Below are positions 26,942 through 40,780 of a stretch of DNA of 64,000 nt, one piece after another. The position numbers and the translations under genes were made by a program. Positions within the stretch are counted from its first letter, which is position 1; every line of letters begins with the position of its first letter. The notes under the pieces were generated by a model that made no database searches, had not been told where the DNA came from, and worked only from the letters and a program-made list of their open reading frames with translations. Source of the stretch: Phaeosaccion multiseriatum (lineage: Eukaryota > Protista > Ochrophyta, other classes); NCBI GenBank assembly GCA_965112735.1, contig OZ218959.1, positions 1,798,001 through 1,862,000 on the forward strand, read 5' to 3'.

Positions 26942-29900
26942 TTCTTGCTGCTGTATCGCCAACTGTTGCATCTTCCTGCCCTTCCGCCTCCCTCTGCCTC
27001 TGCCTCTTCGTTTTTTTCTCTTCCCTCGCCTGCCCATCTAATCTTTTTCTCTCCTTCACTTTACCCTTCCCACCTCGTCGCTCGTCGCCATTTGCAACAA
27101 GAGCGCCACCACAACCAGCAGCAGCAGCGGCAACACCGGTGCCAACACCAGCGTCAAGAAGACCATTCGGAGCCCCAGTCCGTCCATCTCCGCCGCCAGC
27201 AACGGATGATGACACGGAGCTTGCCAGCGCCGGGGACGCAGCAGTAGCAGCACTAGCAGGAGCAGTTGGTGGTACAGCTCCGTCGGCGTCACCCCCCACC
27301 CCCACATCCTCCTCCCTACTCTGGCCCTCCTCCTGAACGCTCAGATTAAGACCGGCAGCATTCGCAAGCCCCTCGCCCTCCCCCAATTTCTTGGGTAGGT
27401 ACCCTTGCTCACACCGCGGGCAATAGAAATCCCCCTCTGGAACACCGGGAAGCCCCACACAACCGTAGTGAAACTCGTAGCCGCAGTCGTGGTCGCAGAG
27501 TAGAATCGTCGCCTCATCGTTTGTCAGACCGCAGATGCCACAGCCCACTGCGAAGAAATTGTCCCCCGCGGCGCCGCCTTTCTGCTGTACCACCAACTGC
27601 GGGGGTCCTTTTCCACTCCCGCCTCCTCCTCCCGCCGGAGCTGCTGCTGATGGATCACCAACTGCTGCTGGTGGTACTGGAGGCAGGACGATCGCCTTGG
27701 CTTTACGGCCACCTTTCCCTTTGGCTCGAGGTGCTTTTCGACCATCTCCAGCTCGGCCACCTCGTCCTCCCCCCCCCGCGCCTCGCTTCCGGCCTTCTCC
27801 ACCCCCCTGCAAGACCTCGGCATTCGTCGACCCCCCAGTGGCCACGCTTGCTCCTCGAGCTCCTGCTGGGGGGCGCTGTCGTTTCCTGCCCGGCTTGGGT
27901 GGTGCCACCACTCCTCCCAATGAGGATGATGCTCCATCACTGGCAGGGGAAGCAGGGCCGGATGTCAGGCCAAATCCGGGCCCCTCGGCGCCCCAAGAGG
28001 GAAGAGCACCGGGTGAAGCCAGAGGGCTTGCTGGGCCCAAGCCACCAGCAGCAGCAACAGCCTTGTTACTACTACTACCATTGCTGCTTCTGCTGCCCAT
28101 ACGACTGCTGGCAGGACCCCCGCCTCGTTGCCCCTTGAACTCTTTCGCAATGGCCTGCAGAGATGTGAGGTAGTGCGTTCTGTCCTCGGGTTTTTCCATG
28201 GGCTCAATCAGCTGGTGAGAGTGCTCCTTGACTTGCCGAGTATCTAAGAAATACACCTCATAAATGCCGCTGTCTTCGCCTCCGTCTCCTGCTGCTGGTC
28301 CACCCTCTGCTTCTCCCTCTCCTCCTCCTCCTCCTCCTCCTCCTCCTCCTGTTACTGCAGTTGGCGACTCAAGCCCACCACCACCACCACCACCACCTCC
28401 CCCTCTTCCTCCAGCCGCAGCAGCCCCCTTCCTCCTCCCTGCCCACGCAGGAGCCCCCACCTTCTGGCACACCACGCCAGGGTAGCGCTTCTGTCCCATC
28501 TTCTCGAACTTTGACATGACGAGGTCGCCCACTTGGTACACCCTCACATTGGCCGAGCCCACCGCCGTCCGCCGCGTAGCGCGACTGCTTGAGCTCCCAC
28601 CACCAACGCTCTCTTTGCCATGGCCTGGGTTGCCGCTTAGGCTGCTGCTGCTGCTACTCCTACTGATTGAGCTTCCCTTGTTGCGCACAGCGGGCACTCC
28701 TTCCCCTCCTCCTGCTCCTCCGTCTGGTGGTGGTGGTGCTGGCGGCTCTTGCGGTCCTTGCACCAAAGCACTATCTGCACAAACAACAGACCCGGTTGCG
28801 CCTTTCGCCTGCCCCTGTATCACCAACTGCTGTTGCTGCTGCTGCCGCCGCTCTTGTCCTGGCGCTTGCCCGCTGTTTTGACGCCTCTCCCCAGCGATGG
28901 CCAAACACTCGATACAATACCAACCCGGACTCTGCTTTCGAGCAGGCGGCACAGAGCAGTGCAAGTGAAAGTCCTTGGTGCACCCCTCACAATGAATGGC
29001 CTTGGTGGGCTTGTTGAGCGTGGGCAGCCCGCAAGCGGCACACCCAGGATGCTCCCCCTCCTGCATGAGTTTCAGCTTCTTTGCACGCCCCTTCCGCTCC
29101 TCGCGGGCCAAGGCAGCGAGCCTCTTGGCCAGCACAAGGGCCTGCTTCTCTCTCTCCTTGACGCAGGATGGGCAGAACCAGTCTCCCTCGGGAATGTCTT
29201 GCACCGTCATGGGGGGGTCGAGGCAGTCAATGTGAAACTCCGTACCGCAGGAGGGGCCGTCGCACAACAGAATGGTGTCATCGCTCCAGCGCACCCCCAT
29301 CCCGCACACCTCGCAGGCGCTCCGCGGCTCCCAAGGCTGAAATTGGCCCACTTGCTCGAGCACGGGAGCCGCGGCCTTGGCCTTATCCTTTTCCTTCTCT
29401 TTGCCCTTGCCCCTGCCCTTCGTCTTTCCTTTCCCTCCTTTTTTCTGTACAGCAGCGGCGCTCGCGGCAGCAGTAGCAGCAGTAGCAGCGGCAGTAGCAG
29501 CGGCAGTAGCAGCGGCAGCAGCACTTCTTCTCTCTTCTACCACAGCCTTCTTGGCAGCGAGCAAGCACTCTGAGCTCCGGACCCCGAATGGCTCAAAAGG
29601 AGGGCTTACCCCACCCTGAGTCTCCAGCAGTGCCATGGCCGCTGCTGGAGAGGGGGCTCCAGGGAAGCCCGATGCTGTTGCCGCCGCCACTTCGTCTCCT
29701 CCATCTGCCCCTCCTCTCGACTCTCCCACCGCCACTGCTGCTCCACCGTATTCCCCGTCATTGACGTTACTAATGCCGCTGACAAGTCCGCTCTCCACAG
29801 TGCTGCCGTTCAAGAAAATGGCCCCCTTGGGCCCCTTCTTGCCAGCACCCTTCCCGGAGGGTGCAGCAGCCGCTACAGCCGCCGCTGCCGTAGTAGTAGG

Positions 29901-32831
29901 GTACTGGACGTGCTTGGGTATATCGCCACTGACCGTTACGCCCGTTACGCCCGACGCCCCACGCAACACCACTTGCAGCTCTTCCAAAGCAGATGCAGCC
30001 TCGAGCCTGCTGTCGAATGGCCCCACCACCACTTCCCCGAACCGACCGTGCATGAGCAGGGCCCTCCACAGACCATCTTCCCTCTCTTCCCGCAACTGGT
30101 ACACGTGGCCGTACGTGCGCTTCCTCTTCAACACATGTGTGGGGTGGGAGGTGGGGTTGCCTGTCTTTAGAGGCCCCGACCGCGCTCCTCCTCCTCCTCC
30201 ACCACCACCACCACCACTTCCAGTGGCTTTTGGCAAGAATTTACCTGAAGTGTCTCTCCTCATGCCTGGACCTCCCTCCGCATCGTCCCCCCTCATACCC
30301 CCCTCCTCCACGCCCGCTGCCTCGCCTGTATCCTCCCCCCATTCCACTTGTTGCTTTTGCTGCCGCTGTCGCAAGCGGTGCTGGTGCTTAGACGCGTCCT
30401 CTTTGCCCTGCTCCTGCTGCTGTTGTATCACCAACTGCTGCCCCTGCTGGACACGTGCTTTCTTCTTCTCAGACGTGCTCGCCCTGTTTGCCCGTCGCTT
30501 CTCCAGTGCCAGCTCCTTCTTCTTTGCGAGTTCTTCCTGCTTTCGCTCACACTGCAGTTCGGCCTCCTTCTTCTTCCGCGCTTCGGCCTCCTTCTTCCTC
30601 AGCGCCGCCTCGTGCTTCGCCTTCTTCTCTTTCGCCACCCTCTCCCTCTCTTCCTTCTTCTCAGCAGCCTTGATCTTTCGCCGCATCTCCCTGTCTTCCT
30701 CCTCCTTCCTCCACTTCTCCTCCTCTTGGGCCGCCGCCGCCCGTAGTCTGGCCCCCTGTATGGACCCTTCGGAGGGATAGTTGAGCTGTGCATTGGCGCC
30801 GTGCTGTGTTACTGCCACGCTGTCGTACACAAGGGCCGCTTCCTCCTCGGACGAGTACGGACCGAACCTTGTGAGCTCGTCTTGACCCTGTTGGTGACGC
30901 AACAACAAGCACAAGAATAACGACAAAAGCAACAGCCGGAGGAGGCAGCAACAGAGTAAAACAAATCGCCAATGGAACAGGGCAACGATGGGAGGGAGGG
31001 AGGAATGGAGGGAGGGACAAAGCTGGTGAGGCCATTTGGTCGAGGTTGCGTGCTCTGGAAACAGGAGATTCAAGCTCAAACAAGGAAGTGAAGGGTGCTC
31101 TACGAAGAAGAAGCTGCTGCTGTATCACCAGCTTGCTGCTGCTGCCGCTGCTGCCGCTGCCCTTGGCCCCCGCAATACCTTCACTTGTGTGTAGCTGGGG
31201 TAGTTGCGACATACCTGTTCGAGACATATCTCGCAGTAGTACTTTCCCTTTTCCCTGATGACCCCATGCGTCGTCAGCTTTTGCCGCTTGGCGCTACTAG
31301 GCTTGCCCTTGTTCCCACTCGATCCCCTCTTCTGTCCGACGCCAGGGCCCTGTCCAATGGCCGTGGACAGCCCGGGCCAGCGAAAGCCGGAGTCGCTGCA
31401 ACTGCCGTTTCCCTCTCTTCCATAATCTTCTTCATGCCCAAGTCCAAGTCCGATCTGCTGGCCATTGTGACCGCCGCCAATGTAGTCTCCTGTCATTCCA
31501 CCATCTCTACTATCATCCTTCTGCATGACAGATGGTAGGAACGGGAGACCTCCACCAACATTCCCCACTGTTCCATTCTGCAGCTGCAGAGCGGGTTCCT
31601 CCATTGCTTCATTCTGCAGCTGCAGGGCGGGTAACTCCTCGTCGTCCTCCAGGGTCTCTCGACACGGCGCCACATCATCATCATCATCATCAGCAGCAGC
31701 ATCAGCAACACCTGCGGCTGCTTCAGGACTCAGTGGCCCGACGAGTCCTCCATGCCCCTCCATGTCAGTCAGCATGTCTACCTCCGCGTTCTGCTGCCGA
31801 GGGAGTCGCTCTTGTTCAGCATGTAGCTGGTACTGCTGCTGCAGCAACTGAAACTGCCGCTGATCCTCCTCCTCCCGCTGTTGCTCCTGCTGCTGCTGCT
31901 GCTCCTGCTGCATCTGCAAGGATAACCGCTGTACCTGCTCGGCCGGAGGGCGGTGACCGAGCGGGGTCGAGTCGTGTCGATGGCTAAGGACAGCGTGATT
32001 GGAAGGATAGAGCTGCTGCTGCTGCTGCTGCTGCTGAGGAGGAGGAGGAGCTTTCGCCCCTGCCCACGGAAAGCTAGGCGGAGGAGAAGCCTCCGGTCCC
32101 CTTACCCTCCGCCCCCCAACGCCCTCTCTTTGCTCGTGGGCTGCCCCTTCTTGAGCCCCCCATCCATTCATTGCACTTCGCGGACCAAAAGTACCATTCC
32201 GCCCCCCGTCGCCCCCTCTTCCTGCGACGTCCCTTGCCGCTGTCCGTTCTCCGTCCCAGTGGCCCCTGCCCCGCCCTTGAGGAAGGCGAGCCTCAACAGC
32301 AGCAGTCCCATTCATTCTCCCCGCTCCTCCTCCAGTAGGGTCTCCAGGTCTCCATCCCGCCGAAAGCAGGCTGGAGCCATTCGTCTTCATCCTGCTGCCG
32401 TTGCTGTTGCTGCTGCTACTACTACTACTAGTACTATTACTACTACTACTACTACTACTTTTGCCAGTGGTGTGCCTCCCGCTGTCTAGTGTGTGTGGCA
32501 CGTCCCTTCCCAGCGGCAACGCTGCCTTTGACCTTGCTGCTGTTGCCACCGCTTCCGTCCCTCTCCATACGCCATTTCCTTCTGCCCACCTGCCACCTCC
32601 TGGTTCGTAATCTCTGATGGATGGTGGCGCCGTCCTCTGCCCTCTTCCACCCCGATCCCAACTGTTGCCGCCCCTCCCGTTAGGAAAACCACCGCCACTA
32701 CCGCCACTACCGCCGCCGCCGCCGCCGCCACCGCCGCCGCCACCGTCAGGAGGAGGACGAGCAGGGTCAGGTGCTCGGCCTTGGCTAGGAGGGAAGAAGC
32801 CAAAGACAGGAGGGCGGTCATGCGACTCCAT
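26571..32831 (-). CDS. Large chromatin/transcription protein with AP2-like DNA-binding domain(s), three PHD fingers and a PWWP/Tudor-like domain
   Basis: Two long exons (about 32831-31215 and 30887-26571). The spliced AP2 reads HGVIREKGKYYCEI..|..RFGPYSSEEEAALVYDSVAVTQHGANAQLNYP. PHDs: CEVC..LLCDGPSCGTEFHIDCLDPP...GDWFCPSC, CAAC..CEGC..FHLHC..WYCIEC and CGIC..LLCDHDCGYEFHYGC..FYCPRC. PWWP-like: YQVGDLVMSK...RYPGVV...YEVYFLD. The start codon is uncertain. Confidence 0.82.
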
Positions 32832-33326
32832 TTCCGCCGGCCACCAACCCCAGAGAGGAGCGGCAGGTATCGCTCTGGGGCGGACCACCACCGCGGACGA
32901 CTGCCACTTCTACTCGAGTAGAGCTTTCCGCTCCTCCCATCTCATTCGAGCTGACCCGTGATTACAAATGTTATGCGCACATTCCCTCTATCCAATGGAC
33001 CCCTTCCGCCTCCTCCCAAAACTCCTTGGGAGGTGCCTTCACGGAAGCACCACTTGTGCTCCAAGACAGGCAGCAAATGGCCCAGCAAAGGAAGCACGGT
33101 ACGTCTCTGATATTCTGCTGCTTCTATGACAGCGTCGTAGCGTGAGAGCAACTGTCTCGAAAGTGGAAGGACGGCGGAAGAGAGGGTGGGGAAGACGGAT
33201 TTGTACCCATAGGATTGCACATTTCCGCAAAAAACGTGATACGTTCCCCCCACCCTCCACCCTTTTCCTCTCTTCCCCCCTTCTCCCTCTCCAATTTGTA
33301 TATTGTAAGCTTATAGCCGACGTTCC

Positions 33327-35284
33327 CTAGCCATCTCCCTCCACCCATAGGGTCGGCCGTCGGCGCTGGAAGACAAAGCCGCCCGGGGATCTCATCGAAG
33401 CTACTTCCTTCCCCCCCGCCCCGTAACTACCTGTTCCCTCAGCGTCGAATCCAGACAGGTCTCCACAAGCCACATAGGGCATAATGAGTCTATGTACCCC
33501 CCCTTCTCCTTCTCCTCCTCCTCCTCCTCCTCCTCCTCCCCGCGTGGGGGTCCCTTCCTCCTCCGTCTTGCTTCCTATAAGTCCATCCTCCGTCTCCTCT
33601 TCTGCGCCTCGGTCTCCCTCCTTCTTCGCCGTGTAGGGCTGCACCAGCAGAGGGGAGAGAAGCTCCACCGAGAAGCCTTCGGGAGGGGAGAAGTCCTGAC
33701 ATACCACGAAGGCCTCAATGCTGGTGGGCCTGCTGCTCTTCGGCTTGGCCACCTGCAGCAACGGGTATGCGACACGTGTACGTGAATATTCACATGCAGG
33801 AGGTAGCGGAGAGGAAATTACCAGTCAACCTCTTGCTCAAAGGAAGGAAGGAAGCAAGGTGCAAAAGATCTCTTTATGCCTTGCTTGAAAGGGTGGGGCT
33901 GGCTTTGTTATAACACATGCTACTACAAAGCAAAAGCATGCATGTCCACACACCTTTGGTAATCAATCACACGAGCACAGGACGCAGGGAGTATGCTGCC
34001 CTGACAATACAAGAGGGTGGTCTACAACAGCCCCATCTGCACACGCACACACTCAAACTCACACACTCACACACGCATACACGCACCGTGACCCGTCCGA
34101 AGAAGAGGTCGAGTTGGCTGGTCAGGAGGTCCACGTCCTTCCCGCGGAAGATTTTGGCACAGAACGAGCCCCCCGGGGCCAGCACGTGTGTTGTGATATT
34201 GAGGGCTGCCAGAAGGAGCTGCGCGGTAGGCCGAAGCAGCGGTGCCAGCCAATGGAGGACGGGGGAAGGGGGGGGGGAGAGAGGAGAGAGATAGTCAAGA
34301 GACTTGAATCAGCAAACCGCCTGTTCTCTCTCGTTTCGGTGAACGAAAGCAGGGGAAGGCAAACTACTGCATGCTAGCGTGCTGCGGTACCAGCACAAGG
34401 ATGCCCCAACACAAAGTAGGGGCAGGCGAAAGGCAGGCCTAGGCAAGGGAGACGCTGTGCCTACCTACCACTCCGCTGCCTGCCTACAACTCTGTCACTA
34501 TACCCTTCTGTCTGGTCTCCCCACCTGCGCCTGCATGTACTCGTCGATGTCGTGTAGCCCCGTCACGTCAGGTGCGCCGTCGCTGACCACGAGGTGGGCC
34601 TTGGCGCCGCTAAAGTAGGCCATGATGGCGTCGGCGGTGGACAGGCACGTGATGTCGCCCTGAGCATGTGATGTGTGTAGCACGCATGGACAGGGGGGGG
34701 GGCGGAGGGAGTAGAGAGCAGAAAGCAGAGAGCAGCAGCGGTGCAAAAGACGTGTGCATGTGTGTGTGTGAGGAAGGGAGAGGGAGAGAGGTAGGAAGGC
34801 AGGCCGGCCAAATGAGGGGAAGTTAAAGCTGACCTGCAGCTGCGTGACTCCCGCAATGGGGGCCATTTCCTGCAAGTCCACCGCCACGATTCGCACGTCC
34901 TTCTTCTCCTCCTCCTCCTCCTTCTTCTTCTTCTCCTCCTCCTCCTGCGTCACAGATGGCGGCGACTGCTGAGGGCAAAGCTGCCCCGCGAGTACTTGAC
35001 TCCAGCTCCCGGGAGCTGCACACAGATCCACGGCACGAGTCACGCCTGCAATTACCACCCACACACAGCATGCAGTAGAACAACGTTGGTTAGAAGGAGA
35101 GAGGGGAAGAGGGACAACTTTCCGAGCCCCCACTCTGTAATTGCCATCCCACGATGCAGGGTGGCGTACCTTTAAGTATGTGGAATTCCTCGTCAACTTG
35201 TAGCAGCTTGAAGGCTGAGCGTGCCCTAAAGCCAATCTCCTTGGCCTTGCGGTAGTACACGTCGCGTTTGTCCTTCCTCGCCAT
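33327..35284 (-). CDS. TRM7: tRNA (C32/G34-2'-O)-methyltransferase, FtsJ family
   Basis: [100 protein letters not shown] and [10 protein letters not shown]. Confidence 0.94.
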
Positions 35285-35664
35285 GGTGGCACACCTCGGT
35301 GCAGCCCAACTCAAGCACCACCAGCAGTGGCAGCAGAGGTCTCACTTCCAATATCGAATTTCCAAGAGCCAGCCATTAACAAGGGGGGGGGGTTAGGAGG
35401 AGAGGGGAGGAAAGAGGGCAGAAGAAGCGCATCGAGAGTGCCATCCATCCAGTGAGAGAGAGAGAGAAAGAAAGAAATAAGCCAACAAAAGAAAAAGCGG
35501 GCCCGGGGCGGACTCTCAAATTTTTCCCTCTCTTTCTTCCCATCTCTCTCCCTCCAAGGGCTTACTTCCTTTTCTCTAGATACCACTTCATGGTGCATCT
35601 GGCAAGCTCATAAGCGTCCCAAGAAGAAACAGGGAGGGAGGGTCCAAAAGGAGAAAAAGGAACC

Positions 35665-36195
35665 ATGCTCCAAGCAGAGATGCCTTCACGGAAGGAAGTT
35701 GGCACTACAAAGTATGTCGGCAACTTTGTTGGCAATGAGCTCGCAGTTGATTTGACTGGTGTTCCCCTGTACATCCACGATGTAAAGAAAGACATTTCTG
35801 ACGACACTCTTTGCGACATCGTCGTAGCGGTGGGCAGAGGGGTAGGTGAGTGCGTGGTGTGGAAGAGGCACTTGCGGGGAAAGGCTGGTAGGGAGAAGGA
35901 TCCTTCCCCCAACACCCAGCCTCCATTCTCCTCATTTCGTTCTTCCCTCTCATTTCCCTCCATCTCGCGTTGTGTTGTTGGCATTGTGCCACCACCTGTG
36001 TGAGCCCCAGTGAACAAGGAAGGCACCCTGGCCCAAATACAGGAGAATCTCCAGGAGGTAACGCTTGCCACCGGGCTACCAAAGGGTGAGTGAGCCTCGT
36101 TCTCTCGGTGCGGTGTGGCATGGTTGACCTGCCTTGTCTTGCTGTACTCCAAGGCTGATCGGACGGCTCTGCCCCCCCTCCCTCTCTCCTCTGTC

Positions 36196-36235
<40 letters not shown>

Positions 36236-36803
36236 CTGTGTCGTATCTCTGAATGACGACTTAGGTAGCGTCACCCGTGAGTACTGGGAGTCTCATAACG
36301 TGGACGACGTTGTCAGCGCAGTGCTCAAGGGTGTGTATCGCCGACCCGACCCTAACAGTGGGAGGCCCCAGGGCGAGCAAGTGGATGTGACGGGCTGTGC
36401 CATCATGTTTTGCATGCTTCGTGAGGCCAGCTACGAGGAGGCAGTAGAGAAGAGGGAGCACCTTGGCGTGGGAACCACAGGCAACCACTATGTGAGTGAT
36501 TGAGGGAGGGAGGGAGGGTATTTTCTTCGAAACTTCTGAACCTTGAGCATTGCAGCTTGATCCCGCTTGCCTCACTCTCCCCGCTCTCCACGCGCTCCAT
36601 TCTCCACCACCCCTCTCTCTCCCTCCCCGCAGATTCACAACTTGCGTGGTCGAAGCCTGTCAGCCACGACTCGGTCCTTAACACGGGTCCCTCCGCACAA
36701 GTTTGTCATAAGTAGCGTAGTCTTTCTGGACACGGTGGATCAGCTTCCACCGGGGGAGGTCAAGGCCACTGGGGGCGGTTGCGGCTGCTGCGTGCTTCAG
36801 TGA
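35665..36803 (+). CDS. Hypothetical protein with C-terminal CaaX motif (GGGCGCCVLQ*)
   Basis: Four GT-AG exons (about 35665-35845, 36010-36085, 36265-36491, 36633-36803) appear to join into one non-repetitive protein ending in CCVLQ. Confidence 0.62.
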
Positions 36804-37440
36804 GGAAGGAGCACCTTCGACTCTCGTCATCCAGGCCATAAGTACTTCCCTCCCTCCTCTCCGTCCGGTCCAAGTTTAGAATACTGTCTTGTGTGAACAG
36901 CACCAAGAGGAGTGGAAGGGAGGACACAGAGACCTAGGAGGGCGTTATTTGGGCCTCCTGATAACATGGTCAGGGCCCTACGACGCTCCCTCGGCATCAA
37001 CTGCCTGAACGGACCAGGCGGGCGCCACGCTCTCGTCTGCCGCTGCAACACCCGCGCTGACTCCTTCCACACCATCGAACCTCAACCAATTGACCACCCA
37101 CCACACCGGCATGCTGTCCTTCGTCGAGGACATATGATGTTCAAGAAGAACTTCGTCCCCAGCGTCGGACACGAGAGCCCGGAGAACTTCCTTCCCCCGC
37201 ACAACATGGCCGGGACAACCGCATGGACGCCACTCTCCGCCGCGGCGCTGAAAAGTCACTCGAGATCGAGAGAGGGTGCGAGGCGATCTTTTTGGGGGAG
37301 GGAAGATTGTTAAAGGTTGCGGCCGTTATAATAGTAAAATATCATCAAAATCAAATAGAGCGAGAAGAGGTATGGGACAAGGGTATTAGTGAGGGGCAGG
37401 TAGCTGCGAAGCAGCAAGGGAAAGGCCCCTGTGAGAAGTC

Positions 37441-40400
37441 ATGGCTGTACCCACCATCCGCCTCGGCTCACGAGCGAGGGCGATGGGAGGCGGGGCGAGG
37501 CATTTGCCTCTGCACCGCGCTTCTCGGCGAAGATCGGGACGAGTGTCTCGAGACAGCTGCTCGTGGCGCCTACTGCTGCAATCCGCAGCGGTCATCAGCA
37601 TACTGGTATGGGGATGGATGCTTTGGCGGGCAGTGCAAAGCCCAACACTCCTCGGCCTGGGGCCGCACCAGCAGCAGAGCCAGCAGCAGACGAATAGTCA
37701 GCAGCCACAGTCAAAGGGGAGTCCTGAGAAAGACTCTGCAGCGGTCATTAGCCGCGACGAGTATCTTGCACATCACCCCCCTGCCCCGCTCCATGAGCAG
37801 CAGCAGGTGGAGCAGGTGGAGCCGCATCCGACGCGGGGTGCAAGAACATTGGAGGGAGGGAGTCGCTGGGAGCGATTGCTCGGAAGCGCTGCTGCTCCAC
37901 CAGAAGGGATGAGCTGCCCCGCATATTTAGAGCGAGCTGACCGACCACCCTACCTCCGAGACTTCACCCAGCATCCTGTTACTGTCTCGGGGTTCGGCAA
38001 TGACGTCTTCCACATAAGCAGTGTTGGGGGTGGTAGTGCTGGTGGAGAGAGGGACGGTGGCCCCAAGGAGTGTGCTGTCGGGTGTGTGTTCTCCAATGGG
38101 GCAGTGAAAGACTATGTGGACGGTGTGACGGAGAGCAAGAAGAGAAGTGATTTGCAACGAAAGGTGTTTGAGAAAGGCGAGGGCGATGGCGCTTCTGATC
38201 AAGACGGGGCCGTCGTCGCGGTTCTGAAAGCAAAGGTTGGAGGGAGCGGCACCAAGGAGGATGATAAGAAGAAGAGCAAGCACAAACCAAGGTCAGCGAG
38301 GGCGAAGGAGGCACCGCCCAATTTAATGGAAACTGCAAAGGGGGGAGGAGCAGGAGAGGGCAGCGCGGCGCCAAGTCGGCATCGACCCTTTGTGATCCAG
38401 CGGTCCTTGGAAAGCAAGCTCAACTATCCCAAGCTCGGTGTGAAAGCGGCCAGACAAAGGGGAGTCCACATCACGTGCCACACTGCGCCGGGTGAGTAAG
38501 AGTATGTAAGCAGTCTCTGGATGGATGGAGAGGGGGTGAGGGAGGGAGGGAGGGAGGGAGGGAGGGAGGGAGGAAGGAAGGCAGGAGCCTTTTATGTTAT
38601 GGGCGGGGCGGAGGTGGTGGTTGTTAGATGGCGAGAATAGTTTGGATCGAAGCAATTCTTGGGTTTCAGTTGAGGGGATTTATCTGTTTGTTCTCATCTC
38701 AAGTCTTCCCATTGATTGGCCCCCAGATTCGGACGTGCCTGCTTCATACGCATCGTGGAAGGAGGTGAGTCAAACGGGTCGGCAGGAGGAGGAGGAGGAG
38801 GAGGAGGAGTACTGCGTAGGCACCTCTGTCTCTCTCCCTCTCTCTCCCCCTATCAACTTCTCTCCGTCCTCCTCTCTCCCCCCCTGACTAACCACCCGCG
38901 CTCCTGCGCAACCCCCCCGTCCGAACCCTCCACACTCACCCTTCCCACTACTTTCATTACCCTGCCTGCCCCACCTACCCACTATACCACAGACCAACCT
39001 AGCCCGCGCGCCTCCCCCCCTGGAGGCTATGAGCAGTAGCACTGCCGCCTCTGCCTTCATCTCCAACTGCGGCGCCAAGAGCCTCCGTCTAGAGGCTCTC
39101 AAGGCCTTGCGAGCGGCCGTTGGAGTGGACTCCTTCGGCCGCTGCGAGAAGAACGCCGAGGAGAGCGTTTACCAGGACAAGGCACGCAGAGAGGACAGCG
39201 GTGGTGGTGGTGGTGGTGGTGGTGTTGGCAAGGCCATGAGCAAGTATCAGCTGAAGGACTACATTAGCGCGCACTATCGCTTTCACCTCGCCTTTGAAAA
39301 CAGCGTGGAGCCGGGCTATGTGAGTATTCCCCAACCAACTCTCAATGGTCTTTGGGTGGGCTGCCTGTGTGTGTACTGCTTGTTGCGCTGAACGTTTGCT
39401 GTTGGGTGGAGGAGAGAGGCACGCCCTTCATCACCGCGTCTTGTATTGCCCTTACCTGTTTCCTCCCTGCCTCCTTCTCCGCTCCATCCCTCCTCCCCTC
39501 CCTCCCTCCCTCCCTGCCTGCCCCTGTCCCTCCCTCCTTTCCACCCACCCTCCATCCCTCCCTCTGCCCTCCCTCCCCTCCATCCTCCCTCCCTCCATCC
39601 ATCCCTCCCTCTCTCCCTCCCTCCCCTCCATCCTCCCTCCCTCCCTCCCTCCCTCCCTCCCTTTCCCTCTCTCTCCCTCCCTCCCTCCCTCCCTCTCTCC
39701 CCCCTTCCCTCCCTCCCTCCCTCCCTCCATCTATCCATCCATCCATCTCTCCCTCTCTCTCCCTTTCCCTCCCTCCCTCCCTCCCTCCCACCCACCCACC
39801 CACCCACCAACCAACCCTCACATATCCCCCAAAAACACAACCCCTCCCAACCACTAAAGGCCACGGAGAAGTTCTACAACGCCCTCAGTACAGGAGTGGT
39901 GCCCATCGTCATCGGAGCCCCTGACATTGCCCACTTCGCCCCTACGAATGACTCCTTCCTACATGTCCAAAGTGTGGGCGACGTCGCCTCCGACCTTGGT
40001 CCTCGCATCCGGCAGCTTATGCAAGACGACGAGGCCTATGTAAAGATGCGAGAGTGGAAGAAGACAGGGGGCAGTGACGCTTTCAAAGCCTGGCTTGATT
40101 TACACATTGTGCACTCCTCGTGTCGAATTTGTCTCCACATTGCGGATGCCATTCGCAGGGAGGAGGTTGGGGAGATTCAGAGCGCGACGGCGCAGTCCCT
40201 GCGGGTGGATGCGAAGACAGGGGAGTTTGCCTACGTGCCGGGGGAGGGCTTTGATCGGCCCTGTCGATGTGTGCAGGGTAGAGGAGGAGGAGGAGCAGGA
40301 GCAGGAGGAGGGAGGCAGCCCGATGAGCAGGAAGGGGAGGAGATGGTGCTCTATCACCACGCCTATGTCCGAGAGCGGGGCATGTTTGACTACACCTCCG

Positions 40401-40780
40401 TCTTCCTGACGGACGAGCAGCTCACCCTGGACGGGCTGTATGCTGCCATCTTAGGGGCCTTCACCGCTGTAGAGTACCTTCCCCTTTGGACCAAGCACCG
40501 AGATAGGCAGGGTAGAACACGAACACGACAGGTGCCGTCGCCAGTTGCTGATGCGGAGGAGAAAGATGAGAAGGAGAACGAGAAGGAGAAGGAGAAGGAG
40601 GAGCCCGACTTTGTGGATGCATTTTCGAGTCACATACTGGACATTTACTCCGTGTATCCGGCCCAGACGCACACGACGGAGGTGGCCTTGTTCGGGGGGG
40701 TGGCGCTGGTTTCCGATGACGGCGTGCGGGGACACTTCGATGGCACCCCATGTCCCCGGCTGGAGGTGATCTTCAAGTGA
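37441..40780 (+). CDS. Alpha-1,3-fucosyltransferase (GT10), plant core FucT-like, type II membrane protein
   Basis: N-terminal TM; DSDVPASYASW; AFISNCG; VDSFGRC; YRFHLAFENSVEPGY|ATEKFYNAL..GVVPIVIG (alpha-1,3-FucT motif); VHSSCRIC; YVRERGMF; PCPRLEVIF C-terminus as in plant core FucTs. Confidence 0.92.

Noticed and set aside
36912-37313. 133-aa ORF between the CaaX gene and FucT
   Set aside because: No recognisable motif or splice support; it could be UTR or promoter sequence, so it is not called.
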